NCBI GenBank assembly: GCA_964406305.1
Contig: CAYORF010000004.1
Location: 2,237-66,236 of the forward strand
Reading direction: 5' to 3'
Origin: an uncultured Anaerolineales bacterium
Lineage (GTDB): Bacteria; Chloroflexota; Anaerolineae; Anaerolineales; UBA11858
DNA length: 64,000 bases
Shown piece by piece: positions 1 to 10,748 of the stretch. Every line of letters begins with the position of its first letter. Within the stretch, counting starts at the first letter, position 1. A program made the position numbers and the translations under genes. The notes beneath the pieces were generated by a model. The model worked only from the letters and a program-made list of their open reading frames with translations, was not told the origin of the DNA and did not search any database.

Positions 1-1
1 A

Positions 2-784
2 CTGCGCGGACCTGCCCAGTGGAACACCAATGATGAATGCGGATTACTGGTAGATGGATTTGATGACAGCCCCCGAATTTTGATGACCTATAATCCTCGC
101 TATTATGTCGATTTTGTTGAAAAAGCTGGATTTAAATATGCCCGGGACTTGTGGGCGTATCAAATACCGGTGAAAGATTTCATGACTAACATCGGGGAGC
201 GCCTGGAAAGAATCACCACAAAGATCCTGGAGCGTAAAGAAATCACTATTCGTAAGTTGAACATGAAAATATATGACGAAGAAGTCGCCAAGGTTAAGCT
301 GCTTTATAACGAAGCCTGGTCCCAGAATTGGGGATTTGTACCCATGACGGATGGTGAATTTGATCAATTGGCCGATGAGCTACATGACATCCTTGACCCA
401 GACTTGACTTATATCGCTGAAAAAGACGGGAAAACGGTCGGCTTCAGCATTACCCTGCCAGACCTGAACGAACCCCTCCTTAAAGCCTATCCTAAACCCA
501 ATACACCAGAATGGTGGACGATGGTGAAACTGGTTTGGAACTGGAAAGTCCTTAAGAAGGTTTCTTGGGTGCGAGTCTTGGTTCTGGGAGTGATCCCCGA
601 ATATCGCACACTGGGCATCGATGCCCTGTTTTATTTCAAATCTGCCCAGGCAGCTCTCAAAAAAGGCATGAAGATGGCTGAAATGAGCTGGATATTGGAT
701 AATAATGACAAAATGAACCGCCCTATTATTGCCATGGGGGCGGAAGTGTATAAAACGTACCGCTTCTATGAAAAAGCCCTTTAA
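2..784 (+). CDS. YghO-like GNAT-fold protein, 5'-truncated by window edge
   Basis: The frame is open from base 2 (LRGPAQWNTNDECGLLVDGFDDSPRILMTYNP...). It carries family-type motifs GLLVDGF, YNPRYY, NWGFVP, LGVIPEYR and SWILDNN, and ends ...YKTYRFYEKAL. Confidence 0.75.
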   Translation: MRGPAQWNTNDECGLLVDGFDDSPRILMTYNPRYYVDFVEKAGFKYARDLWAYQIPVKDFMTNIGERLERITTKILERKEITIRKLNMKIYDEEVAKVKLLYNEAWSQNWGFVPMTDGEFDQLADELHDILDPDLTYIAEKDGKTVGFSITLPDLNEPLLKAYPKPNTPEWWTMVKLVWNWKVLKKVSWVRVLVLGVIPEYRTLGIDALFYFKSAQAALKKGMKMAEMSWILDNNDKMNRPIIAMGAEVYKTYRFYEKAL

Positions 785-808
785 CCTCACCTAGCGCTGG
801 ATTGCTGC

Positions 809-1276
809 ATGGGCGTACACAAAACCCTTCCAGGTAGCGGTATCACCATCGAATCCGCTACCTGGCGTGACTTAAAAGCCCTGTTTCAGCTGGAAAAGGT
901 TTGTTTCCAGCTGGATGCCTGGCCGCTGCTGGATATTCTGGGAGTCCTAACTATCCCCCAGGTCATCCGTTTTAAGGCTGTAGATCAAGGAGAACTGATT
1001 GGTTTCATCGCTGTGGATCTCAGGCGATCCCAGAATACGGCCTGGATCGCCACCCTGGCTGTCCTCCCTGCTTATAGAAAATCTGGCATCGGCTCTGCCC
1101 TGATCCGGATCAGTGAGGAAGAAGCAAACCTGCCCAAAATTCGCTTAAGCGTTCGCCAATCCAATCAGCCGGCCATCCAGCTTTATCAAAAACACGGTTA
1201 CCAGCAAATTGAAGTCTGGAAGAAATACTACAAAGGGGGAGATAATGCCCTTGTTTTTGAGAAGGTGATTAATTAA
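809..1276 (+). CDS. GNAT N-acetyltransferase (RimI-like)
   Basis: Acetyl-CoA binding motif LAVLPAYRKSGIGSAL; NQPAIQLYQKHGY; YYKGGDNALV. Confidence 0.85.
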   Translation: MGVHKTLPGSGITIESATWRDLKALFQLEKVCFQLDAWPLLDILGVLTIPQVIRFKAVDQGELIGFIAVDLRRSQNTAWIATLAVLPAYRKSGIGSALIRISEEEANLPKIRLSVRQSNQPAIQLYQKHGYQQIEVWKKYYKGGDNALVFEKVIN

Positions 1277-1381
1277 CCATTCAGAAGCAAGATTTTCAAT
1301 CAAAATATCCTATGAAATCAATGTTACTTGTTTGAACGTTACACCTTCCAACTTTCAACGATTGTTCTATAATATGTCTCT

Positions 1382-2524
1382 ATGTCATCTCTCACAAATC
1401 ACTTACTAGCGCCTGAATTTATAAATAAGCAGCCAGTTTTTGAAGAACTTATGGGGCGTCTGCAAAACGAAAAGGCATTGGCAATCGATACCGAAGCCAA
1501 CAGCTTGTTCGCGTACCAAGAACAAGTTTGCCTGATCCAGATCTCAACGAACACGACAGACTATATAGTCGATCCTCTCCCCCTGGATGACCTAGCCTCC
1601 CTGGGCATGATCTTCAAGAATCCCGGAATTGAAAAAGTTTTTCATGCTTCTGAATACGATATTTTGATCATGCAAGATGAGTTCGATTTTGAATTTAATA
1701 ATTTGTTTGATACCATGCTGGCAGCCCAGATCCTGGGCAGGGAAAAATTGGGCCTGGACACCCTCTTAGAGGAGATCGTTGGTATCAAGGTAAATAAAAA
1801 ACATCAACGAGCGAATTGGGGAAAACGGCCACTGCCCAATGATATGCTCCAGTACGCCCAAATGGATACCCATTATTTGATCAAGATCCGTCAGGCTTTG
1901 GCTGCGGAACTAAAAGATAAAGGTTTCACTTCTATCGCCGCAGAGGATTTTCAACGAGCTTGCCAAGTACACCGCCAACCAAAAGAAGAGAATATCGCTT
2001 CTTGCTGGCGGATAAACGGAGCCCGGAAGCTGCCCCCTCAGAAAGCCGCGGTGCTCGCCAAGGTTTGTGAATACCGAGAGGATGTTGCAAAAAAAAGGAA
2101 TCTGCCTGTTTTTAAGGTGCTCAGCGCCAAAACATTGCTCCTCCTGGCCGAAGAATCACCCACGTCAGTGAATCAGCTTCAAAGACTAAATCTTCCTGGC
2201 GGAAAAGCATTACAACGTCACGCTAAAGGACTGGTAGTTGCCATCCAGGAAGGTTTGGTATCTAAGCCTGAACTTCCACCCCGGAGAGAGCGGTTGGATG
2301 ACTCTTATTTGGCCCGGGAAAAGGCTCTCCGTGATTGGCGCAAGATCAAAGCTCGAAAGATGAATGTAAATTCCGCTGTTGTACTTCCACGGGAAATCAT
2401 GTACAGCCTTATCTCGCAAAACCCAAAAACCCGCGCCGAAGTGGCCAACGTGCTCAAAGATGTTCCCTGGAGATTGGAAAGATTTGGCGATGACATTCTG
2501 TCTATATTATTGAAGGTTGGCTAG
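1382..2524 (+). CDS. rnd: Ribonuclease D (DEDDy exonuclease plus HRDC domains)
   Basis: AIDTEANS, CLIQIS, KVFHASEYD, FDTMLAAQ, NWGKRPL..LQYAQMDT; two C-terminal HRDC-like segments. Confidence 0.9.
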   Translation: MSSLTNHLLAPEFINKQPVFEELMGRLQNEKALAIDTEANSLFAYQEQVCLIQISTNTTDYIVDPLPLDDLASLGMIFKNPGIEKVFHASEYDILIMQDEFDFEFNNLFDTMLAAQILGREKLGLDTLLEEIVGIKVNKKHQRANWGKRPLPNDMLQYAQMDTHYLIKIRQALAAELKDKGFTSIAAEDFQRACQVHRQPKEENIASCWRINGARKLPPQKAAVLAKVCEYREDVAKKRNLPVFKVLSAKTLLLLAEESPTSVNQLQRLNLPGGKALQRHAKGLVVAIQEGLVSKPELPPRRERLDDSYLAREKALRDWRKIKARKMNVNSAVVLPREIMYSLISQNPKTRAEVANVLKDVPWRLERFGDDILSILLKVG

Positions 2525-2537
2525 ATAGGAGAAAATT

Positions 2538-3935
2538 GTGAATCTCACATTCCACGGAGCGGCCAGGACAGTAACAGGTTCAATGCATCTGCTGGAAATT
2601 GGCCAGAAAAAAATCCTGCTGGACTGCGGTCTGTACCAGGGCAGGAGGAAAGAAAGTTTTTTGCGGAACCGCTCCTTTCCATTTCCTCCTGAGGAAATAG
2701 ACGCTGTAATTCTCTCCCATGCCCATATTGATCACAGCGGCAATTTACCCAACCTTGTCAAACAGGGTTACCGGGGACCAATCTATGCTACAAGTGCAAC
2801 CGCCCACCTGGACAATATCATGCTGCTTGATTCTGGTTATATTCATGAAAAAGATGCCGAATATCTCAATAAGCGGCTGGAAAGACAAGGCAAACCCCTT
2901 ATAGAACCTCTCTACACAAAAGAGGATGCCGCCCGGGTTGCACCTTTATTCCATAGCGTGGATTATGAGGAAATTTTTGAGCCCGTTCCCGGAATAAAGG
3001 CTCATCTGGTGGATGCCGGACATATCCTGGGATCAGCTTCTGTAGTCCTTGATATTGTGGACGGCGAAAACTCTAAGCGGTTATGGTTTTCAGGAGATAT
3101 TGGCAGGCCCGGATTGCTGCTTATCCAGGACCCTGTCCTGCCCCAAGATACTGATTACTTGATCATGGAATCAACTTATGGGGATACAAAAAAGAGGGGA
3201 TCGGAAGCTGCTTTTCTTGAATTAAAAGAAGTGGTCCAAAAGACCATTCAGCGCAAGGGCAGGGTGATCATTCCCGCATTTGCTGTCGGTAGAACCCAGG
3301 AGCTGGTGTTTGGATTGCATAAAATGATGGAAAATGGAGATATTCCAGAGATACCTATCTTTGTGGATAGCCCATTGGCTATTCGCGTCTCGCAAGTTTT
3401 CAGGGAACATCCTGAGTGCTTTGATGAAGAGACCAGACAGTTCATCGCTGATGATAAACACCAAGCCGCTTTGGGGTTTGATCGGTTGAAATATACGTTG
3501 TCAGTGGAGGAGTCAAAGGCCATCAACTTTACCGATCCGCCTTATGTTGTTATCTCTGCTTCCGGTATGGCTGAAACAGGACGTATTCTCCACCACCTAA
3601 AAAACCACATCGAAGATTCCCGCAATACCATTCTGATCGTCTCATGGCAGGCTCCCCATACCCTGGGGCGGCGCCTGGCCGACCAAGAAAAAGAAATCAA
3701 GATCTTCGGAAAGAAGTATCTTCGGCGTGCTGAAGTGGTCACTATCAACGGATTCTCTGCCCATGCCGGCCAAGACGGGCTGCTAGCCTACGCCAACGCA
3801 ACTAAGGATACGCTCAAGAAAGTTTTTTTGGTTCACGGTGAACCGCGCGGCGCTGAACCATTGATGGAAAAATTGCGCGAACGGGGAATCTCCGAAGTAT
3901 ATTATCCAGAGTCTGGCGCTGTTTTTGAATTATAA
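2538..3935 (+). CDS. MBL-fold beta-CASP RNA-processing metallo-hydrolase
   Basis: GAARTVTGS, LLDCG, SHAHIDHSG, AGHILGSA, FSGDIG, MESTYG, PAFAVGRTQE, GFSAHA, LVHGE. Confidence 0.9.
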   Translation: MNLTFHGAARTVTGSMHLLEIGQKKILLDCGLYQGRRKESFLRNRSFPFPPEEIDAVILSHAHIDHSGNLPNLVKQGYRGPIYATSATAHLDNIMLLDSGYIHEKDAEYLNKRLERQGKPLIEPLYTKEDAARVAPLFHSVDYEEIFEPVPGIKAHLVDAGHILGSASVVLDIVDGENSKRLWFSGDIGRPGLLLIQDPVLPQDTDYLIMESTYGDTKKRGSEAAFLELKEVVQKTIQRKGRVIIPAFAVGRTQELVFGLHKMMENGDIPEIPIFVDSPLAIRVSQVFREHPECFDEETRQFIADDKHQAALGFDRLKYTLSVEESKAINFTDPPYVVISASGMAETGRILHHLKNHIEDSRNTILIVSWQAPHTLGRRLADQEKEIKIFGKKYLRRAEVVTINGFSAHAGQDGLLAYANATKDTLKKVFLVHGEPRGAEPLMEKLRERGISEVYYPESGAVFEL

Positions 3936-3938
3936 GGG

Positions 3939-4790
3939 TTAGTTAAGGGGGGTTCCCTGTTTTAAGACCAGGTTGCCGACAGGAATATCGAGCAGGTCAC
4001 TCAGAACGGGGCATTTGGTTCGCAGCAGGAAAAACACTTTGTCTCCCTGTTCGTCCATGGTTTCATAATTTGCCTGTCCTTTGGAGAGAACCAAGGGCGA
4101 TTCCAAAAAAAGCTTCTGGAAATCCGGTGTGGATTGGGATAGGACAGTTCCGGGAGCCCATGACCCTGTTTCCACCACTTCGGCTACCTGATCTATCCCG
4201 GCCGCCACTGCATACTCAAGGGTTGCATCATTGAGAACCGGTCCACTTTTGACAACATATTTTACAGGTATATCCAGGGTCTCGATAAAGACCCTATCAA
4301 AGATCGTTTCACCTACATTATCTGCAAGATATAACAGGTGCGGGGCGCCATTCAATTCCTTCCGGAAAGCTTCCAGCCCTCCACCTTGGAGTTCCTGGCT
4401 GACCGTCTTCTCCACTTCTTCCCACAGATCATAATCGACGGCATGAACGATATCGATTATATTGCCAGCGGCGCTGACCTTCAGTCCCCGCTCCAGGCGA
4501 TCCTGCCCTTTTAAGATCAATTCCCGCAGGTCATCCTGGTAGTTGAGAGCATGTTGATGGCTGGCATCTTTTTCATCTTTATAAAGGTCGATCACTCCCA
4601 GGGAATCTCTGATCACCCGGTTTGTTTCGCCAGCGATTTCAGAAGGACTGAGTTTGGCGTCCATCTGGGCTAGTTTTCTTATCACTTTTTGAATAGTTTG
4701 GATTTGAATAGACTCGTCGTCTTCATTCAATAAGACAGCGTTGACAGTCTGCCTGACAATGCAATCATAACATTTTGGATAGGTTTTCAT
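3939..4790 (-). CDS. DUF89/ARMT1-like damage-control phosphatase
   Basis: N-terminal CYDC, AAGNIID, LADNVGETIFD, PVLND, SKGQANYETM, KC near the C-terminus. Confidence 0.85.
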   Translation of the reverse strand: MKTYPKCYDCIVRQTVNAVLLNEDDESIQIQTIQKVIRKLAQMDAKLSPSEIAGETNRVIRDSLGVIDLYKDEKDASHQHALNYQDDLRELILKGQDRLERGLKVSAAGNIIDIVHAVDYDLWEEVEKTVSQELQGGGLEAFRKELNGAPHLLYLADNVGETIFDRVFIETLDIPVKYVVKSGPVLNDATLEYAVAAGIDQVAEVVETGSWAPGTVLSQSTPDFQKLFLESPLVLSKGQANYETMDEQGDKVFFLLRTKCPVLSDLLDIPVGNLVLKQGTPLN

Positions 4791-4797
4791 GATTAAT

Positions 4798-6525
4798 TTA
4801 CCCCCTGTTCACTTCCGGAACAGCTTCCTGCACGTATTTCCGGATCTCCTGATCACCCTTCAGGTTTATCGCAGTCTCCGCGACTTGGCGAGCGTGTTCC
4901 ATCGATATGGAACGGATAAGCCTTTTGGCAAAAGGAACGGCGGGAGGGTTCATACTGAACTCGTCCAACCCTAAACCTAACAGGATCGGGATTGCCAATA
5001 ATTCACCTGCCATTTCCCCGCATAATCCTACCCATTTGCCCTTGGCATGAGCAGCGTCGATTACCATTTTAATCAACCTGAAAACTGCGGGTTGGAACCC
5101 GGAAGCCATGGGAGCTACCTGAGCATTGGTGCGATCTGCTGCAAGGGTATATTGACCGAGGTCATTTGTGCCGATTGAGAAGAAATCAACCACTTCTGCC
5201 AGCTGATCCGCCAGGATCGCTGCAGATGGGATCTCGATCATGATCCCGATTTCCATTTCTTCTGCAACATCATGGCCTTCATCTCTCAGTTCCTGTTTAC
5301 ACTCCTCCAGAACTTCCCGGACTTGCACTACATCCTCAACAGTAGCCACCATAGGGAACATTAATTTCAGATTATTCCCATAACCTGCTCTCAGCGCTGC
5401 TCTCAGTTGAGGTTTAAATATGTCCGGTCGAGATAAACACAGTCGTATAGCCCTTACTCCGAGGAAAGGATTGGCTTCTGGCGGCAAATCAATATATGGA
5501 ATATCTTTATCTCCGCCCACATCGAGTGACCTTAATATGACAGGACGATCGCCAAAGGCGTCTCCGATTGTTTTATAACTTTCGTATTGTTCTTCCTCGG
5601 TAGGGAGACTGGATCGTTCAAGATAAAGAAACTCAGAACGGAGCAAACCAACTCCTTCAGCGCCTGAGAGCAATGCGGGTTGAACATCATCTACGCTACC
5701 AATATTGGCAACTACTTCCACCTGATGTCCATCGGTAGTAATCGCTGGTTGATGACTGATCGCTTCCGCATCCGCTTGAGCTATAAGGAATTTTTCCTGG
5801 CGGTTCCTGAATTGTTTAAGAGATTTTTTATCCGCATCGATGATGATCTCACCAGCATCGCCATCAACAACGAGTTTGTCACCGGTTTTGATCTTCCTCA
5901 ATGGTTCGCCGGCACCCACCACTGCCGGGATCCCTAATCCTCTAGCCAGAATGGCTGTATGGGAAGTTGAACCTCCAACTTCAGTACAGAAACCCAGAAC
6001 ATAATCCTTGTTTAGTAAGACAGTATCCGAGGGTGTCAGGTCCTGGGCTGTGATGATCGAAGGAATCTTTAATCCATCTGCTGGAGAATCCTTCAACCCA
6101 AGCAAATTCCTCAGGAGACGGGAAGATACATCTCGAATATCCAGTGCTCGGGCGCTGAGATATTCGTCATCAATTGCTTCCAATTGTAAGGCGAAAGATT
6201 CTGCGGTTTCATACAGGGCGGTTTCAACGTTGATCAGTTCTGAATTTACTCGTGACTTAACCGTGTTGATCAGCTCCGGATCTTGAAGCATTAATTTCTG
6301 GGCCCCGAATATTCCTGCCTCTTCTTCCCCACATTCCTCCTGGGCTTTTAAATATGCTACATCCAGTTGCTTAGTGGTCTCTTCCTGGGCTTGAACGAAT
6401 CGTTTCCATTCTTCTTCTGGATCTTGAATATTACAAGATTCTATTACAATCTCGGCCCTGGTAAAAACAAACGCAGGGCCAATCGCAATACCATAAGAAG
6501 CTGGAATTCCAGAAATCGACTTCAT
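4798..6525 (-). CDS. ptsI: Phosphoenolpyruvate-protein phosphotransferase (PTS enzyme I)
   Basis: GGSTSHTAILAR (phospho-His), EGVGLLRSEF, DVGGDK, EANPFLGVRAIR, FFSIGTNDL, GLCGEMAG. Start moved to the ATG at 6525, directly after the HPr stop. Confidence 0.95.
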   Translation of the reverse strand: MKSISGIPASYGIAIGPAFVFTRAEIVIESCNIQDPEEEWKRFVQAQEETTKQLDVAYLKAQEECGEEEAGIFGAQKLMLQDPELINTVKSRVNSELINVETALYETAESFALQLEAIDDEYLSARALDIRDVSSRLLRNLLGLKDSPADGLKIPSIITAQDLTPSDTVLLNKDYVLGFCTEVGGSTSHTAILARGLGIPAVVGAGEPLRKIKTGDKLVVDGDAGEIIIDADKKSLKQFRNRQEKFLIAQADAEAISHQPAITTDGHQVEVVANIGSVDDVQPALLSGAEGVGLLRSEFLYLERSSLPTEEEQYESYKTIGDAFGDRPVILRSLDVGGDKDIPYIDLPPEANPFLGVRAIRLCLSRPDIFKPQLRAALRAGYGNNLKLMFPMVATVEDVVQVREVLEECKQELRDEGHDVAEEMEIGIMIEIPSAAILADQLAEVVDFFSIGTNDLGQYTLAADRTNAQVAPMASGFQPAVFRLIKMVIDAAHAKGKWVGLCGEMAGELLAIPILLGLGLDEFSMNPPAVPFAKRLIRSISMEHARQVAETAINLKGDQEIRKYVQEAVPEVNRG

Positions 6526-6526
6526 A

Positions 6527-6793
6527 TCAGTGTTCACCAAAGTTATCAAGCACTAGCTCTTCAAGAGCTTTTAGCGCTTCATCTGCATCTTCACCCTCTG
6601 CTTTTACTACGATCTCCGCGTCTTTATGGGCGCCAAGTGTTAACACAGCCAGGATGCTTTTAGCATTTGCTATTGTTTCTCCATGAGTGACTTCAATATC
6701 ACTGGAAAACTTAGCAGCGGTTTGAACAAAGGCCGACGCTGGGCGGGCGTGAAGGCCAACCTCATGGGTTATAGTTAATTTGATTTCCGGCAT
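6527..6793 (-). CDS. ptsH: Phosphocarrier protein HPr
   Basis: GLHARPA (His15) and NAKSILAVLTLG (Ser46 motif). Confidence 0.95.
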   Translation of the reverse strand: MPEIKLTITHEVGLHARPASAFVQTAAKFSSDIEVTHGETIANAKSILAVLTLGAHKDAEIVVKAEGEDADEALKALEELVLDNFGEH

Positions 6794-6805
6794 ATTATCT
6801 CCTAG

Positions 6806-8119
6806 TTAATAGTTCATTAGGATTGGATTCTCAAAAGTTGTTTTCAGGTCCGCGATGAAACGGGCCGCAACGGCGCCGTCTATAATACGATGGTCGGCCG
6901 ATAATGTAAAGCGCATAATGGGCCTTACCGCAATGGTCCCTTCATCCAAGGCAATAACTTCCTGGGTTGTAGCACCAATGGCCAGGATCCCTGCTTCGGG
7001 TGGATTGATAATCGCATTGAACTGTTCCACACCAAAAGGACCCAGGTTGGTGATCGTAAAGGTACCACCCCTGACATCTGCGCCTACGAGTGTTTCTTCT
7101 TTGGCACGTTTCACAAGATCGGTGGTTTCAAGGGCTATTTTACTGATCCCTTTCTGGTTGGCATTCTTCACTACCGGCACGATCAGCCCTTCTTCGAGGG
7201 CGACAGCTACGCCAATATTGATGTCCCGGTGCAGGATGATGGAATCCTCGACCAGGGAGCTGTTGATCATAGGGTGGTCTGCGATCACCATGGCAACAAG
7301 CTTGACTAACATCGCGGTAACAGAAATCTTTTCATCACCTCGCTCTAAAGCCAGATCATTATAATCCTTCCGGGCTTTGACAAAGTTTGTCATATCAACC
7401 CGGGCTGTAAACTGGATGTGCGGTATGGATTGATAGCTGGCAGTCAGTCTTTCAGCAATAGTGCGCCGCATACCTATGAGAGGTATGCTTTCCCCGCTTT
7501 GAACAGGGCTGGCAGCCGGGAGGCTGATACCGGGTCGGAAACTTTCCACGTCACTGGCCTGGATCCTTCCCCCAGGACCACTTCCTTGGACAAGGCTCAA
7601 ATTCACGCCACTAATACGGGCAATTCTCCGGGCAGCTGGTGTGGCAATTACCTGACCTCCACCAACCGCGGCCGGTGGGGTGATGGCGGATTGAACATCA
7701 TCCTTAGTAACTTTTCCTCCTGTACCAGACGGAACCACTTTGGATAGATCTACACCATGAACCTCTGCCATTTTTTTGGCTACTGGTGTGGCCGGAACAT
7801 CTCCTGCCGGTGCTGCGGTCGCCTGCTTGACCTCAGCTTCAGGTACAGGGGTCACCGCTTTCGCAACTGGTACTTCCTCGCCCTCCTCGAGAATATATGC
7901 AATCACAGTACCGATCGGGATCACATCACCAGGATAGGCTGAGATACCATTCAGGATACCCGTTCCGGGCGCTTCCACATCCATGGCAATCTTATCTGTT
8001 TCAATAACCAGAATTGTTTCGCCTTCTTTTACTTGTTGCCCATCAGTTTTAGTCCATTCTACGACTGTTCCAGTTTCCTGGTCCATGTCCACTTTGGGCA
8101 TGATCATTTCAATGGCCAT
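6806..8119 (-). CDS. 2-oxoacid/acetoin dehydrogenase E2 (dihydrolipoamide acyltransferase)
   Basis: One lipoyl domain (ETDKIAMDV), two peripheral-subunit-binding repeats (ATPVAKKMA..., ATPAARRIA...), catalytic DHRIIDGA. Confidence 0.92.
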   Translation of the reverse strand: MAIEMIMPKVDMDQETGTVVEWTKTDGQQVKEGETILVIETDKIAMDVEAPGTGILNGISAYPGDVIPIGTVIAYILEEGEEVPVAKAVTPVPEAEVKQATAAPAGDVPATPVAKKMAEVHGVDLSKVVPSGTGGKVTKDDVQSAITPPAAVGGGQVIATPAARRIARISGVNLSLVQGSGPGGRIQASDVESFRPGISLPAASPVQSGESIPLIGMRRTIAERLTASYQSIPHIQFTARVDMTNFVKARKDYNDLALERGDEKISVTAMLVKLVAMVIADHPMINSSLVEDSIILHRDINIGVAVALEEGLIVPVVKNANQKGISKIALETTDLVKRAKEETLVGADVRGGTFTITNLGPFGVEQFNAIINPPEAGILAIGATTQEVIALDEGTIAVRPIMRFTLSADHRIIDGAVAARFIADLKTTFENPILMNY

Positions 8120-8120
8120 A

Positions 8121-9107
8121 TTACACCTTTAAGGTTGCCAGTTCCCTGGCTTTCTCAACAATATCCGCAATTTGCGGAACTGCTGCTTGTTCCAGATCAC
8201 GGTTATATGGAATCGGGACTTCCTTGCCCGCCAGGCGGATAATAGGTGCTTCAAGGTATCCAAACGCTTCGCTTTCCGCTATCACGCCAGCCAGTTCGCC
8301 ACCAAAACCTCCGGTTTTGACTGCTTCATGAACAATCAATACTTTGCCGGTCTTTTTTACTGAACCGACTATGGTCTCGGTGTCCAACGGGCGCAGGGTC
8401 CGGGGATCAACTATTTCGATATCAATCCCTTCTTTAGCCAGCTCTTCAGCCGCGGCAAGGGATTTCTGGACCATGATACCAGTGGCAATGATCGTCAGGT
8501 CTTTGCCTGCCCGCTTGATATCGGCTTTTCCAAGAGGAATCTCGTACAGCTCTTCAGGCACTTCGCCCTTGGTCTTATAGAGCAATTTGTGCTCAATAAA
8601 AACGACCGGGTTATCATCCCTGATCGATGAAACCAGCAAGCCTTTGACATCATACGGGGATGTTGGCATGACAACTTTTAATCCTGGCACATGCACAAAC
8701 CAGTTTTCAAAACTCTGGGAGTGATGTTCTGCTGCACCCGTTCCGGAACCCGCTGCGGTTCGTAAAACCATCGGTACAGTAGATTGTCCACCGAACATAA
8801 ATCTCAGTTTGGCTGCCTGGTTAACTAGCTGTTCAGAAGCCAGGGTTGTAAAATCCATAAACATGATCTCTGCGATCGGCCGCATGCCAATTAAAGCAGC
8901 TCCGACAGCAGCACCAGTTAATCCCAATTCAGTGATGGGTGTATCGAGAATGCGATCATGTCCGAATTTTTCGAGCATACCATAGGTAACCTGGAAGGCT
9001 CCCCCGTATTCTCCAATGTCCTCTCCAATAAGAAATACCCGGGAATCTCGTTCCATTTCCTGGGTCATTGCTTCACGTACAGCTTCTAAGTAAGTAATCT
9101 CTCTCAT
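8121..9107 (-). CDS. TPP-dependent dehydrogenase E1 beta subunit (AcoB/PdhB-like)
   Basis: [45 protein letters not shown]. Confidence 0.92.
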   Translation of the reverse strand: MREITYLEAVREAMTQEMERDSRVFLIGEDIGEYGGAFQVTYGMLEKFGHDRILDTPITELGLTGAAVGAALIGMRPIAEIMFMDFTTLASEQLVNQAAKLRFMFGGQSTVPMVLRTAAGSGTGAAEHHSQSFENWFVHVPGLKVVMPTSPYDVKGLLVSSIRDDNPVVFIEHKLLYKTKGEVPEELYEIPLGKADIKRAGKDLTIIATGIMVQKSLAAAEELAKEGIDIEIVDPRTLRPLDTETIVGSVKKTGKVLIVHEAVKTGGFGGELAGVIAESEAFGYLEAPIIRLAGKEVPIPYNRDLEQAAVPQIADIVEKARELATLKV

Positions 9108-10069
9108 GGTGCGTAAACCCCTTCTTCCAAAGTTTCAACTCTCGGATCTGGACTTGCTTCTGCAAAGACCCGGGCGGCTTCGATATCGGCATATCCATGC
9201 TCTTTGATCTTCTCGATTTCTTTTTCTGAGAGGATTTTTTCACTGACACAGTATTTCCCAAACTTGAGAATGGGGTCTTTCTTTTTCCATTCTTCGATTT
9301 CTTCCTTTGTTCGGTAGCGATTCCGGTCACTCTTCGAGTGACCCCGCCAGCGATAGGTATCATTCACTATCAGGGACGGTCCCCCGCCTTCGCGGGCTAA
9401 TTTGACTGCCTCTTCGACAGCGGATTGAACCTCAAGAAGATCATTTCCATCTGTTGAACAACTTCCGGCCATGCCATAGATCTCTCCATGGGCAGCGATC
9501 TTCTTGCTGGTTGTCCAATCACTTGCAGAAAACGACATTGCATACTGATTATTTTCACAAATAAAAACCACCGGAACCTGGTAAAGCACCGCCAGGATCA
9601 TTGATTCGTGGAAAGCGCCTGTGGAAGCTGCCCCGTCTCCAAAAAAGGCCAACAGGACTTGATTCTCACCCTTCATCTTCAAACCGATCCCAATTCCAAC
9701 TGCCATCGGGATGCCTCCCCCAACCACACCGTTAGCACCGAGGTTCCCTCCAGCTATATCGGCAATATGCATCGAACCGCCTCTTCCGCGGCAGTATCCA
9801 TTTTCTTTACCATAAAATTCGGCCATCATTAAATTTAAATCAGCGCCCTTAGCGATACACAGACCATGTCCGCGGTGGTGACCAATAATAAAATCTGTTG
9901 ATTCCAGCGTACTGATGGAGCCAACTGCGGATGCTTCCTGTCCAATAGATAGGTGCATCGTTCCGTGAATCTTGCCCGCCATATAACTTTTTTCTGCCTG
10001 TTCTTCAAAAGCGCGTATTTGATACATTTGCAGCAAATACTGTTCTGCATTTTCCTTCGCTAATTTCAT
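9104..10069 (-). CDS. TPP-dependent dehydrogenase E1 alpha subunit (AcoA/PdhA-like)
   Basis: [23 protein letters not shown] motif GDGA...[15 protein letters not shown]. Confidence 0.92.
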   Translation of the reverse strand: MKLAKENAEQYLLQMYQIRAFEEQAEKSYMAGKIHGTMHLSIGQEASAVGSISTLESTDFIIGHHRGHGLCIAKGADLNLMMAEFYGKENGYCRGRGGSMHIADIAGGNLGANGVVGGGIPMAVGIGIGLKMKGENQVLLAFFGDGAASTGAFHESMILAVLYQVPVVFICENNQYAMSFSASDWTTSKKIAAHGEIYGMAGSCSTDGNDLLEVQSAVEEAVKLAREGGGPSLIVNDTYRWRGHSKSDRNRYRTKEEIEEWKKKDPILKFGKYCVSEKILSEKEIEKIKEHGYADIEAARVFAEASPDPRVETLEEGVYAP

Positions 10070-10075
10070 GCCTTT

Positions 10076-10741
10076 TTACCTCCCCAACTTTATTGAATTT
10101 ATTTTTTCTCGGAATTTTCGAGCTGTGGCTGCGGGATCGGATGATTCCCTGATAGCCCTTCCAATAATGAAAACTGTAATATCCAATCCTTCAAAGAAGG
10201 AAATCATATCCAGCCTAATTCCACCCGCTACAGATATCTTAAAACCCATACCGATCAAATGCTGGATAGTTTCCCAATCATTTTTAACCCAGGATCGGGA
10301 TAGGTTTCCTTCATCCCAACCGCGGTGGTAAACCATGCGCTCTACTCCAATCTCCCGCCATTCCTGGGCCCGGGCAATGATATCCCGGATGCCGGTCAGC
10401 TCGATAAACATTTCTTTCCCGGGTCGGGAATTGGCTTCCTCCAGGGCAAGTTTGATGGTATCCAGTGGGGCAGCGCCCAGCACAGTCATCCAATCCGCGC
10501 CGGCGTCAAAAGCCATTTTTGCCTCACCTCTACCGACATCGGGGGATTTGATATCTGCCAGGATCAACTTATCAGGGCATAGTTCCCGGACAATCTTAAC
10601 AGATAACATACCCGCAGACTTGGATAGCGGTGTACCAATTTCTATAATATCAACTTCTTCTCGGACGATCTGAACCATAGCCAAGGCCGGAGCGAGATCA
10701 AAATAGTCCAAAGCCAGTTGAATTAACGGTTGTTTTGTCAT
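10076..10741 (-). CDS. UlaD/SgbH or hexulose-6-phosphate synthase family (OMPDC suprafamily) enzyme
   Basis: QLALD, IEIGT, LADIKSPD, IELTG, YHRGWD, VAGG, IGRAI. Start refined to the ATG at 10741 (GGAG RBS). Confidence 0.85.
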   Translation of the reverse strand: MTKQPLIQLALDYFDLAPALAMVQIVREEVDIIEIGTPLSKSAGMLSVKIVRELCPDKLILADIKSPDVGRGEAKMAFDAGADWMTVLGAAPLDTIKLALEEANSRPGKEMFIELTGIRDIIARAQEWREIGVERMVYHRGWDEGNLSRSWVKNDWETIQHLIGMGFKISVAGGIRLDMISFFEGLDITVFIIGRAIRESSDPAATARKFREKINSIKLGR

Positions 10742-10748
10742 TAAATTA

